Position numbers and translations under genes: made by a program
DNA from: Octopus vulgaris
Lineage: Eukaryota
Direction of reading: 5' to 3'
Length of the DNA: 64,000 bases
Assembly (NCBI GenBank): GCA_951406725.2
Contig: OX597827.1
Span: 37,386,001 to 37,450,000 of the forward strand
Part shown: piece after piece, positions 1 through 14,088 of the stretch
Layout: each line of letters opens with the position of its first letter
Position numbering within the stretch: position 1 is the stretch's first letter
Notes under the pieces: generated by a model
What the model saw: the letters and a program-made list of their open reading frames with translations, nothing else
What the model was told of the DNA's origin: nothing
The model's database searches: none

Positions 1-304
1 CACATTCTGGTGTGTATGTCAAATGCTTTTCTTAATGTGGTTTACACCACACGCACACACACAGTGTGCAACGAATAAAATGAAAGTAATTCACTGTGTG
101 TGTGTTGACAGGTAGACAATAGAATGCGATGGCGATGTAATATTTGTTTCTGTCTATCACGCTGATAGATACATGAGTAAAATGTATGGCAAGCTAAGAG
201 ATAAGAGTGAGTGAAAATGTTCTTGGAAGAGAGTAAATAGCGAGAGTGATTTGAGGAAGACTTTACATTAAATAACCGTAGTGGCTTGTATATATATATA
301 TATA

Positions 305-580
305 TACATACATAAGACAGTAAGGTGTGATTTGAGGGAGATTTGGCTGCTATTTCTACCATGTCTAGCTGCCATGTAGGGGACTCCCTCATAGGCTCAT
401 ACATACATATATACATAGATAAGACAGTAAGGTGTGATTTGGGGAAAATTTGGCTGCTATTTCTACCAGGTCTAGCTACCATGTAGAGGTCCCCCTCATT
501 GGCTCATATATATATATACATACATAAGACAGTAAGGTGTGATTTGAGGGAGATTTGGCTGCTGTTTCTACCAGGTCTGT
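305..580 (+). repeat. About 3 tandem copies (~105-110 bp) of a SINE-derived fragment separated by TA/CA runs
   Basis: TAAGACAGTAAGGTGTGATTTG(A/G)GG...ATTTGGCTGCT recurs at about 313, 420 and 525. Confidence 0.75.
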
Positions 581-914
581 TAGGCCTTCTCATGTAAACT
601 CAAGCTTTCTCATGCCTTGAACATAAGACCAAAGCAGAGAATGTATTCTTTTATTCTTCTGCTTTTTCCAGCCATTGGTCTGTGGCCATGCTGGGGCAAT
701 GCCTTGAAGAATTGTAGTTTAATGAATCAACTCCAGTTTTATTTTTGTAAGCATTGTACTTATTCTATCTGTTTCCTTTGTCAAACCACTAGGTGACAGG
801 GATGTAAACAAACCAACATTCGTTGTCAAGCAGTGGTGGAGGACAATCACAAGCACAGACACGCACACACACACACACATACATGTATACACATATACAC
901 ACATACATATATAT

Positions 915-1235
915 ATTGCAGCGTGGAAGGTGTTTGTAAGCCATTTAAGAAACACACAAAAACCGTTAGATTCACTTCAACATTTAAATTTAATTTGCCA
1001 AAATATATTCCTCGCTTTGAGACCGCGACCTGTTCACTGACAAAAATATCGTGCTAACAGGTCGCGGTCTCAAAGCGACGAAAATATTTTGACAAATTAA
1101 ATTTAAATGTTGAAGTGAATCTAACGGTTTTTGTGTTTCTTAAATGGCTTATAAACACCTTCAACGCTGCAACTGTTTTCGTTCCAGCACACGATCTCAG
1201 ATCAAGTCACTTGCTATGCATGTACATCTCTGTAA
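915..1235. mobile_element. Fold-back element with ~120 bp arms and a one-sided tail; putative non-autonomous PLE derivative
   Basis: 915-1034 is the near reverse complement of 1056-1172; same family at 44344-44615; hammerhead-like core GTGAACA on the minus strand at 1031-1037. Confidence 0.7.
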
Positions 1236-1240
1236 CTATA

Positions 1241-1278
<38 letters not shown>

Positions 1279-1341
1279 TGGTAAAAACAGTAAGATAACA
1301 AAAGAAAGAAAGAGACCTCAATATTATGTAAATAGAGGAAA

Positions 1342-1735
1342 TCTTTATATATAAAAGTGAGGTTGTGTGTCTGTCTCCTACGATTTAGATTCCTAACTAC
1401 TCCCACATTTTGCGGTGCAGTTTAACCAAAACCGGGTATCTTATAGTCGTGATTCATATCGAGACCGTCTGGGTATTAGCGCGCGTCTACGATGAGTCTA
1501 CGATTTAAAAAAAATTTACCATCAATTTTTCCCATTTTTAATCCATTTTTGACATATATAAGGGAAGTAACTCTCTAAAATTTATTATTAAATCTCAGAA
1601 CGTAAAAAGCTACAGTAACACCCCTCCCCCTTTGTGGTTAGCCATATTGAGATGGCTATTATACTTTACATCTCTAAAAATGCTTATATAATTATTTCCC
1701 TTACAAACCCGAACAACGCCGGGCGATACTGCTAG
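1342..1735 (+). mobile_element. Non-autonomous Helitron
   Basis: A|TC 5' end, imperfect subterminal hairpin CCCGAACAACGCCGGG, CTAG|T 3' end, no target-site duplication (TSD). Confidence 0.75.
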
Positions 1736-2230
1736 TAGTTATATAAAAGTTTTACAATGATGTCACTGTTTTATAAGAAAGAATCTTATTCTTCAAAGGA
1801 GAATCAATTATTTCATTGTAAATATATAAATACATTCCCTCATCATTATTTTGTGTCTATTTTTCATGCTGGCTTATTGGGCATCAGATGCTGCTCATTT
1901 ATGTCATTTAGGCTTGGTTTCTCTAGTTTCTAGCTGCTCTTCCTATCACCAGCCACTTAACAGATTCTACTGAATGTTTTCTTGTAGCACCAGCGCTAGA
2001 GAGGTAACTATGTCCTTAGTGAAACAGGACAAAAGGTACCTCTCAAACTTGCACTTTCTCCACTCATTAACCATCCATTTTTCACAAACTCACACACACA
2101 TACGTATATTCTAGGTTCTATGTTGCTACCCTACTAAAAACCTTTATTTTTAAACTAAAGATAGGAAAAGTTTAATGGCTGAGTTGATCAGAACATTGTT
2201 GCCATTATCGAGTTTTATAAAGATTCACAG

Positions 2231-2252
2231 ATCAAATCCAGTCCAGGATCAT
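2231..2252 (+). CDS. Putative 22-nt microexon of RING-finger gene copy 1 (IKSSPGS)
   Basis: ttcacag|ATCAAATCCAGTCCAGGATCAT|gtgagt; splice sites conserved in the paralog at 17042-17063; phase compatible with downstream exons. Confidence 0.5.
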
Positions 2253-2585
2253 GTGAGTATCAAGTCATAAGACACTTGATTGGTTGGGGATTTAACCAAC
2301 AACAATATAATGCTCATAGTAACATTATTTATACAATATGTTTATAAGATGAGACTGAAGAATTTCATCTTATTAACAAACGTTACTTGATTTGTCATGG
2401 CATTATCTTAATTGATATTTGCTTGATCCTGCTATCATTTAGTTATAATCTTAAGAGCAGTTCCAGAAATTTGATTAATGAAATGTTTTTTCCTCATCAC
2501 ATAAATATTATAGTATTATTAAATCATTCCATCACCACTACTTTAGTTATGATATCAGGAAGTGAACTTATATTTTTTTGTGTAG

Positions 2586-2598
2586 ATGGCAACCCTAG
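2586..2598 (+). CDS. Putative 13-nt microexon of RING-finger gene copy 1 ((Y)GNP(R))
   Basis: tgtag|ATGGCAACCCTAG|gtaatg; phase 1 to phase 2 joins the 22-nt exon in frame to the RING exon. Confidence 0.45.
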
Positions 2599-2687
2599 GT
2601 AATGTTCCTGAGTTACAGTAATATTAATAGTGACAATAATGTTGATATTGTAATTAACACATGTAAAGAAATTTTTTTATTTTTCAG

Positions 2688-3027
2688 AAAAACTTACCAG
2701 CCACACTCAGTAAATAGGATCCCAAGATTCCAAAATACTTCAGTGAATTCAGCTGTCCAGAGTTTGGATTATTCCACACATCAGCTAAACAACCTTAGTT
2801 TGCATGGAAACCACAGGTCAGTGGCAACTCCCAAAAGGTTAAAAACGAGAAGTATGCATGCTTCTGGGGAACGCAGGGATCAAAATCAAGAATGTCAAAT
2901 TTGTTTCCAGACATTAACATGTAAAAAGACGCTGAATTGCAAGCATAGTTTTTGTCAACATTGTTTAGATACCTGGTTACACATAAAAAAATCTTGTCCT
3001 TTATGTCGTGCACCAGTATACCCCTAA
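2688..3027 (+). CDS. Terminal exon encoding a C3HC4 RING finger (putative E3 ubiquitin ligase), copy 1
   Basis: CQIC..CKHSFCQHC..W..CPLC in ORF 2602-3027; pyrimidine tract and cag acceptor at 2685-2687; AATAAA at 3086-3091. Confidence 0.75.
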
Positions 3028-3409
3028 CCCTATACAAGAATTGATCCTGAAATACTTGCATACTTCTATCTATAAGTCTGTGATTAATAAATATGTTAAT
3101 ATTTATCTCTTTCTACATGTTGTTGTTGAATGCATATATGATCCAAGGTGACATCATAGGATATTTGAGAAGACCAACCACTGTAAGCTTTGAGCTCTTT
3201 ATCTGAGAGTGAATCAAATATAGATATTGAGGTTACTTCAGCTGTAGATTGTACTCTATTCTTGCACTTAGTCTGAAAGAGAAAGTCTTGTTAAGTTAGT
3301 TACAACCTGGCAAGAAAAACACTTCAGATTTCATTGTGCACTCCTCATGGTGACCTAACTCATCAAACATTTCCTATGAACTAATTGTTACTGGCATAAA
3401 TCTTTAGCT

Positions 3410-4520
3410 GTTTCTTTAGATCCTTCCAAGCCTGTTTGTTTTCTCTAATAGCCCTGTCAAAAACATTGTTCCACCACCACGTTATTTTGCGTCGAGAGGG
3501 GACTTTGCACCATCCACAGATCTGGTCTGTGGCCCTCAGCAGGTTGTCCTGTAGAAACCTCCAGTTGTCCTCCAGATCATGTGAAGCCATATACCCTTCT
3601 ATTTCGTCAAAGTCTTCGAGTAATATGTCTCTGAATCTCTGTCCACTTGCAGGATCTTTAAGCTTCCAGACCCTTCTCCTCCATGCTGGTCGTCTTCTGG
3701 GCATCCACTTAGCCCTGATCCTGAAGTCACTAATTACCAGTCTATGTTGTGGTGTACATTCTTTGCCTGGGAAGGTTTTGGCATTTATAAGCAGCCATCT
3801 TTCCCTTTTTCTGGCGTGGATGTAGTCAATTTGGTTAGTGTGTCTGCCAGAATGGTAGGTGACTAGGTGACTGGCAGGTTTCCTGAAGTTAGTATTGCAA
3901 ACCATAAGATCATTTGCATTGCAGAACTCCAGCAGCCTGGTTCCTCCACATTGCGGGAACCAAAACCGTAGCCTCCATGTACGCCATGAAGCCCCCTGTA
4001 TGTTGTCCAACATGTACATTGAAATCACCAGCCACAAAGAGTAGGTCCCTGTCATTTGTCAAATGAGGTAGTCTGCAAGAGTGTATCGTAGAATCGGTCT
4101 TTCTGTCTATCGGGTGGCCCTGGCTGAGGTCGAGATAATGGTTGCTAACCCATGATGAAGCACTAATCTAATTTTAAGTATTCTGTCGCATACTCTGACT
4201 ACCTCGATTACCTTATCCACCCATTTCTCCGCAAGAAGTATACCCACGCCCCCGACCCCGTCAGTTTTCCCTGTCCAGAAAATCTTGTACCTGTGTTCTT
4301 TGCCTGTGAGGAACCTAGCAGAACCTCCTCTCCACCTTACTTCTTAGATGCAGCCCATATCGACACATCTCCATTCAAGCATCTCAATAATCTCACCAGA
4401 CCTACCTTTCAGTGTGCTGAGGTTGAGAGTGCCAACCCTGAGGGTGTGAGAGGTGTGGACCTGTGAAACCTTGGGACAGGGCACAGCAGTGTCATGTACT
4501 TGAAAAGGGAGCTCGCATTT
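3410..4520 (-). mobile_element. RTE-like LINE remnant, AP endonuclease region, frameshifted
   Basis: GTRLLEFCNANDLMVCNTNF...TYHSGRHTNQIDYI and QHRLVISDF motifs in ORF 3381-4055. Confidence 0.85.
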
Positions 4521-5339
4521 GACAATTCATAAACAAACAATACAATAGCCTTCAGTTCAACCTGCATACACGACACTATCATATTTTTGCATTATATGAT
4601 CACTACCTTACATAGTAGATAAACCCTAAGTAGGAGTGGGGTTGGTGTAAAGCCTTTAGAAATGTTCATGGGAGACAACCAAAGGATGACAAAAGATAGG
4701 AATTTCCAGTACAGGTGGAGGGTGTGGGGGTGAGAGCATCTTCTGGATACGTATTCTTTCGGCAGAGGTATTAAAAATCGAGTAGGGGAATCTGAGTGTG
4801 TGCACTAGTTTATATAGGGTGGTGGCAGTAGTGGTGATGGAAGAAGTCTTTGTGATGCTAGTGGTAATCGAAAGAGAGACAGAGACAGACAGAGAGAAGC
4901 CGAGAGAGATACAGAGTGAGGCGGAGAGAGGGGGTAGTGGCAGAACACGAGGGAGAAAAATATTCTTTTGGGATTTGTGCAGCATAATTTAACGAGACAG
5001 CAAATGTTGATAATAGTAAAATAGAATTGAAAAATCTGAGAGTTTTCAGTCAGCCAATCTAAGACAAAATTAGAGAAAAATTACTGTGTGATAAACTTTA
5101 ATAGATGAATGAATGAATATGTTGTGGTTAAGGAAATGCGTGAACTAAGGTTATCTTAAGGCAACAACAAGGAAGACGAAACTATTGAAACTATATTTAC
5201 ATGATGACATGGTACGGAAATAGACAGAATAATGAAAAGAACTAATAAGGGGTTTATGATCTGAGCAGAAATAGAAGAGTAGATGAACGAGGTTGAAAAG
5301 ACAAAACTTCTTATCTGAGCATCTTCTGAGATTCGTATT

Positions 5340-6700
5340 CTTCGGCTGGGGTAGACCTAATGTATTCCATCCAGTCTAGGTTGTTGGTGTTTATGGCTGT
5401 CAACGTTGTTGTGGGGTTTGGTGTTAGTGTGTTTGTGTTGATGCTTTTGTTTTATGCAGGTGTTTTGGTTTTGGGAGTGGTAAACCTCCTGCTTTGTTTG
5501 TCTGCTTCTCTATTCTTTTTCCCCCTTTTTCTCCTTCTTCCTGTGGCCTCTTGCCAATCCTCTGTGTCGTCTTCATCTGATGACATGTCCGAGGAATCAG
5601 AAGGTGGGAGGGGAAGTTTATTGGGGTCTATTTCTGAGTGTGTTGACTTTGTTGTTGGTGTTGGTGCTGGTTGGTGACAGTTGGAGTGTGGTGTATGGGT
5701 TTTTGGGGTTGGGGTATGAGTTTTTTTGGTTTTCGCTTCCTCCTTTGAAGTTGATGTTGTTGTTGATGGTGTTGTTTCTGTTCTTGGTGGCGCTGGTGGT
5801 GGTGTTGTTTGGTTGGGCTGACTTGTTGGTTGCTGATGTTCCTTCATTAGTTTGTAGAGCTGTTTAACTAGTTGTGCATATGGTGGTGTGGACAGCAATG
5901 CTGGTGTTTTGCACAGTTTTTGGTTTTCTTGTGGTTGTTGTTTTTCATGATCTTGTTGTTGTTGTTGCTGTTGTTTCTGTGCTAGTGGGCAGTTAATTTT
6001 AAGTGTGTTTTACTACCACAAATGCAGCAACATAGCTTTCTGCCTTCGACAGCCACATGTAAACTCGAATCCTCTCTCAACTGGATCTGATGTGGAATTT
6101 TTTCAGAAAATCATTGGATTAATTTGAGCGAGAATTTCGATTTCTTGGCCAATCCAGTTTTGCTGGTCCATGACAGCGATTTCCAAGATATGGATTTCAT
6201 CCTCGATGTCATAGCAAATGGCAGACACGAGCTATTTTATTTCTTTTTCAGGAGGCACATTCTTTATTTTAATTTTTCGACCCTACAACCAAGGTATATA
6301 GGGATCATCAGTAAATTTTCAAATTGGAAGGACTTTTTGGAGAGGTCCTTGACTCATTCTTCACTGTTGAATCAAACTTCGATCATGACAAATCTGTGTC
6401 CCCTCATGATGTAGTCTTTAAAGGCCCATATAGACCTTAAACATTTTTCAACATTTTCTTGAGTGGCCTTTTCGTATAGCCTTCTTTTAGGTTGAGTGTC
6501 CTGTAAATAATTGGGTTTTTTTTTTTTCCGATTTTTCCCATGATGTTTTGTGGTGTCTGTAGTTGTATGCTGAGGTCGTCTTTTTTTAACATTGCTTTAC
6601 AGGCGAGCAGTTTTTCTTTGGAAAAGAACATGACTCTTTTCTTTAACTTTAAAGCTTCGGCAAAAGTGTTTTCACTATTCGTGTTGTTTGTGGTGGTGAT
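5340..6700 (-). mobile_element. Decayed ORF1 (gag-like) of an L1/Tx1-type LINE
   Basis: Frameshifted CCHC knuckle VEGRKLCCCICGSKTH/LKINCP near 5985-6055, then a P/T-rich linker and WQEATGRRRKR. Confidence 0.5.
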
Positions 6701-7059
6701 GACAGTAGTGGTGGTAGCAATGGTTTATAGTAGCAGAAGCATTCGTGTCTTTTGAGGCCAATGTGCGTTCACATGGAATGGCTTTGCTTTCAGCTTCCTT
6801 CGCCTGTAGCGCAGGAAGTCGGCCTCATGGTTTCGCTTAGCCATATTTGTTTAGAAATATGGCAAGGAAATCAAAGAGGATATAAATATAAATAGGTTTG
6901 AAACTGCCCCTAGGGGCCAGTTCCTCCCTTGAAAACACACTCAAACAAAAGCTGGGTCTTTACACACCTTGTGTGCAAAAATTGAAACAAAATGTGTGCA
7001 ATAAAAGGTTGAAAAAAGGGGTTACCTGCGGAGCCGATGCGACATCACGTCAGTCGATA

Positions 7060-9170
7060 GATAGATATATTTCTTTATTGGCCACACAGAGCTGAATACA
7101 GAGGGGACAAAATACAAAGTTGAGCTTTTCTTTTTGGGAAGAAGAGAAGAAAAAATATTTTAAAAAGTGGGTCGAATTCCGATCAAAAGTGATCGTGGAA
7201 AAAAAAGAGTGGGGCTGATCAATAGGGATCATGTATCACAGAAATGTCAATGTAAAAAGGGAAAAAAGATTAGGTTTATCTGTGGAAAGAAAAGACCATG
7301 GGAACCTTGGGCAATAGTGTCATGCAAAAAAACACATTACAGTAAGTGACTCTCTTTTTTCATTTTTTTTTTTTTTTGGTTCATAGGATTATACTCAAGC
7401 TGGCTCCATCATTCACACATGCCATCCTTGCTACATTCACCCATCTTTTTTTGAAACATTCACTAACCAAAACTTCCCTCTCTACTCTCACCTTCCTCTT
7501 CAAGTGATACTTGAAGAAGTTGAGAGATTGACCAGAGAGGAACGTATTTGTCTCTAGACCTTTCAGATGCGTCCACTATACACATTCTTTCACCATAGCC
7601 ACAAGTACAATAAAAATGGCTCTTCCATCCCATTTCAAGGACAATATTCACGATAGACTCGGTTGACAAACTGTTTCGTCCCACACGCGATAACAGTCAT
7701 TCAACATAGTCCCGCAAGTCGAAAATGGTTGGACACTGTACGAGTGCATGCATGACAGTTTCGTTGCTCTGACTGCATCTCGGACAGATCAGCCCCATGT
7801 TTATCGAGCCATGCCTGTAGAGCTTATCCCAAATGGATAACGCTTCTTGATAGCACTGCCAGGCCAGGGATCTCTGGAAGTTGTCCATAGGTCCCAGCTC
7901 GAAAGTCGTCTTGAACAGGCAGGTCAGGTATTCCTCGTCGACGTTGTACCTCCCCTCCACTAATTCCCTATAGAATGCTTTGGTTGTGTTGAGGTCACTC
8001 AAGGTGGACCCGGGGTGGCATAGTTGCTTGAGAGCAACGCTACACTCGCGGCGCCATTTGCCCTTCCTCGGCCTCTTTTTGATCCATGACTGCAGTTTGG
8101 TCATGGAGACGAGTTGCGGGAAAGCGTGCCTCACAAACGGCGACCACACCTGTTCACCATCATCTACATAGAGCCTGAGATGTTGTAGTCTCAGCGCGTG
8201 TCTGTGCATCATCAACCACGGCATGCCCAGTCCTCCTTTTAGCGGATGTTGACAGCAAATGGATCGCCTGACCATCGGGATGCATCCTTTCCACAAGAAG
8301 CGAAAGAGAATGCGTTCTAGTTTGGTGATGGTAGGGTGGGGACAAGGCACGACGGTCAGGCAGAAGTAGATGACGGACACGATGTATGAGTGTGCCACCT
8401 CCACCCGACTATTAGATAGATAGATAGATAGATATGTATATATAGATGTATATATATAGATACATATTTGAATATATATATATCTTTATATATGTATATC
8501 TATCTATCTATCCATCTATCTATCTCTCTCTCCCTATATATATATATAAGAGGAGAATTTACAGAAAAAACAAAAGACGAAAGGTAGTGTAGACAACAAA
8601 CAGATGTATTAGTTTAATGCTAGGGAAGTGAAAAAATCTAAAGTTTCAAGCCTGTGCTCTTCTACAGAAAGGAACATTGAAAGAAACAAGGAGAGACTAT
8701 AAAGAATGTGTAGTGGCTAGCGATCTATCATGGCAAATATGCCAGACAGAAGGGTCACACAGGAGAGCTAGGAAGAAGGGGAGATAACAAAGTAGTGGTG
8801 ATCCCAAAACGAAGGACAGGCTTCATGTAGTGATAGTCTACTCTAGCGAAAGCTTTTGATTGATCCAGTTTGATCAGCACCCCACTCATGCCAGGTTCCT
8901 TAACTACCCTACCTATGATGTAGCGCATCAGATGGAGGTTGACATGGATGCTCCTACATGGCACAGTGCACGTATGTGCCTTGTAGACTAGTTTCTCGAT
9001 GACAAGCACCAAACTCTTGGCTAACACCTTGGCCAAAATTTTCAAATCTGCATTGAGCAGTGTGATGGGCCTGAAGTTACCTATGACATTCCCCTTGTTT
9101 GGATCTTACTTTAGCAGGGCCACCACTCCTCGCTTTACAAAGACGGGGATACTCCCGTTTTGCTGCCAGC
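7060..9170 (-). mobile_element. L1/Tx1-clade LINE ORF2 remnant (RT plus C-terminal Cys domain), interrupted at about 8410-8810
   Basis: [19 protein letters not shown] (RT), KGGLGMP and CPRC..ETVMHALVQCP; AATAAA and a (TATC)n tail near 7060-7080. Confidence 0.85.
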
Positions 9171-9172
9171 TT

Positions 9173-11163
<1,991 letters not shown>

Positions 11164-11250
11164 ACATATATGTATACATATATATATATATATATATATG
11201 TATACATATATATATATATATATATATATGTATATGTATATATGTATATG

Positions 11251-11284
<34 letters not shown>

Positions 11285-11294
11285 TGTATATGTA

Positions 11295-11540
11295 TCATCA
11301 TCATCATCATCATCATCGTTTAACGTCCGTTTTCCACGCTAGCACGGGTTGGACGGTTTCGACCGGGGTCTGGGGAGCTAGGGACTGCCCCAGGTTCCAG
11401 TCTAGTCTGGCAGTGTTTCTACAGCTGGATGCCCTTCCTAACGCCAACCACTCCGCGAGTGTAGTGGGTGTTTTTTACGTGCCACCTGCACAGGTGCCAG
11501 AGGGGTCTGGCATCGGCCACGTTCGGATGGTGCTTTTTAT
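11295..11540 (-). mobile_element. RTE 3'-end-derived repeat with (GAT)n tail
   Basis: CATCATCGTTTAACGTCC...CAGCTGGATGCCCTTCCTAACGCCAACC is shared with copies at about 18535, 25420, 31840 and (opposite strand) 25800-26130. Confidence 0.75.
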
Positions 11541-11566
11541 GTGGGGGGTGGGGTGCAGAAATATAT

Positions 11567-11654
11567 GGGGAGCACCAGTGGGGAGGGGTGGTTCAGGGGA
11601 GCACCAGTGGGGAGGGGTGGTTCAGGGGAGCACCAGTGGGGAGGGGTGGTTCAG
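11567..11654 (+). repeat. G-rich 29-bp minisatellite, 3 copies
   Basis: GGGGAGCACCAGTGGGGAGGGGTGGTTCA repeated three times. Confidence 0.9.
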
Positions 11655-12221
11655 AGAAATGATGACAGGTTCTAGGCAAGTAGAACGTAGGATATCAAGA
11701 GAGGGGTAATGCATGGTGAAATAGCGTGTTGAAGAGGGCGGTTCGAAGAGTAGACACCTATAATGGTGGTGGGAGAAGCGACATCCGGTATAGATGGAGC
11801 AAAAATATAGAGATATCCGGTATTGGTGGTGGGGGTGGGCAAGGGCGGGTGCACCGGGAATATGCGAAGGTTGAACTTTAGAGAGACGGGCGGGAATGGC
11901 AATGTTTTTAGGGTGGCATATAGAAAGAAAAGGAAAGCAAAGCAGATTGGTGGTTTAAGTTCAAAACATTTAAACGGTAGACAAATGTATGTATGTATGA
12001 AAAAGAAGGGAGAAAATCTTCTTAGCTTGCTTATGGACATCGCTTTAAGTCGGAGAAGAAATGATAGTGAATGGTGGAGATCGAATTAAAAGATTGAAGG
12101 TTGAACTTTAGAGAAACGGGCGGGAATGGCGATGTTTTTAGGGTGGCATATAGAAAGAAAAGGAAAGCAATATATACATATATACATATATATATACATA
12201 TATATATATACATATATATAC

Positions 12222-12254
<33 letters not shown>

Positions 12255-12259
12255 CATAC

Positions 12260-12325
<66 letters not shown>

Positions 12326-12692
12326 TATTAAATGATTGATACAGAAGATGGAGTGCAACTAGAAGCCTTATTTGCACAACAATTGTTTTGGCTTCCTTCT
12401 GCACTGCTCCCTAGTGGGTGTGGGATGACGTAATGACATCAGATGCAATGCACAGTGCAGTGAGCCTCATCAGGTGATGTAACATGTTTCAAAAGTTATC
12501 AGATTTACATTTCATTTTCACTCCAAGTTTTATGCTGCTAGCAATTCAGACACATTTTTGGTGAAGTGTAAATCTGATCACTTTTGAAGCACGTTACACC
12601 ACCTGATGAGGCTCCCTGCATTGTGATGTCATTACATCATCCCACACCAAATCTTCCAGTTACACTTTGTCTTCCATATATCAATCATTTAA
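12326..12692. mobile_element. Older fold-back element carrying a long-stem-II hammerhead-like motif (minus, 12375-12476)
   Basis: Imperfect arms at about 12326-12514 and 12562-12692; minus strand reads CAC-CTGATGA-GGCT..ctgcactg...cagtgcag..AGCC-AAAA-CAATTG-TT-GTG. Confidence 0.6.
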
Positions 12693-13068
12693 AATATACC
12701 CAACATGCACCTAGGAATTCCAGACATATATCCAGTAACAAATGCACAGTAATGTTGATGATGCCTGGTAGCCATAGGTGGTGAACATGCTCAGCTGGTA
12801 CACTACCTGGGACTTACACTCAAACAAGGTTTGGGTACTGCTATTTAATGTCATAAACTTTAATATATAACTTTATATGTGTGTGTGTGTGTATTTCTAT
12901 GTATATCATCATCATCGTTTATATATTGGACGGAAATGTTCATATATATATATGTATAGTGTATGCATATATATGCTTAGTATATATATACCGGTATATA
13001 TAATGGGTTGTGGAAGGGTCAATATAACTAACTATCCTCTCCCCTGAAACTGCAGGCCTTGTGCCAAA

Positions 13069-14088
<1,020 letters not shown>

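Noticed and set aside
305-580. Regularly spaced repeats resembling a CRISPR array (also 41720-42025)
   Set aside because: Eukaryotic context, long degenerate units, no unique spacers and no cas genes.
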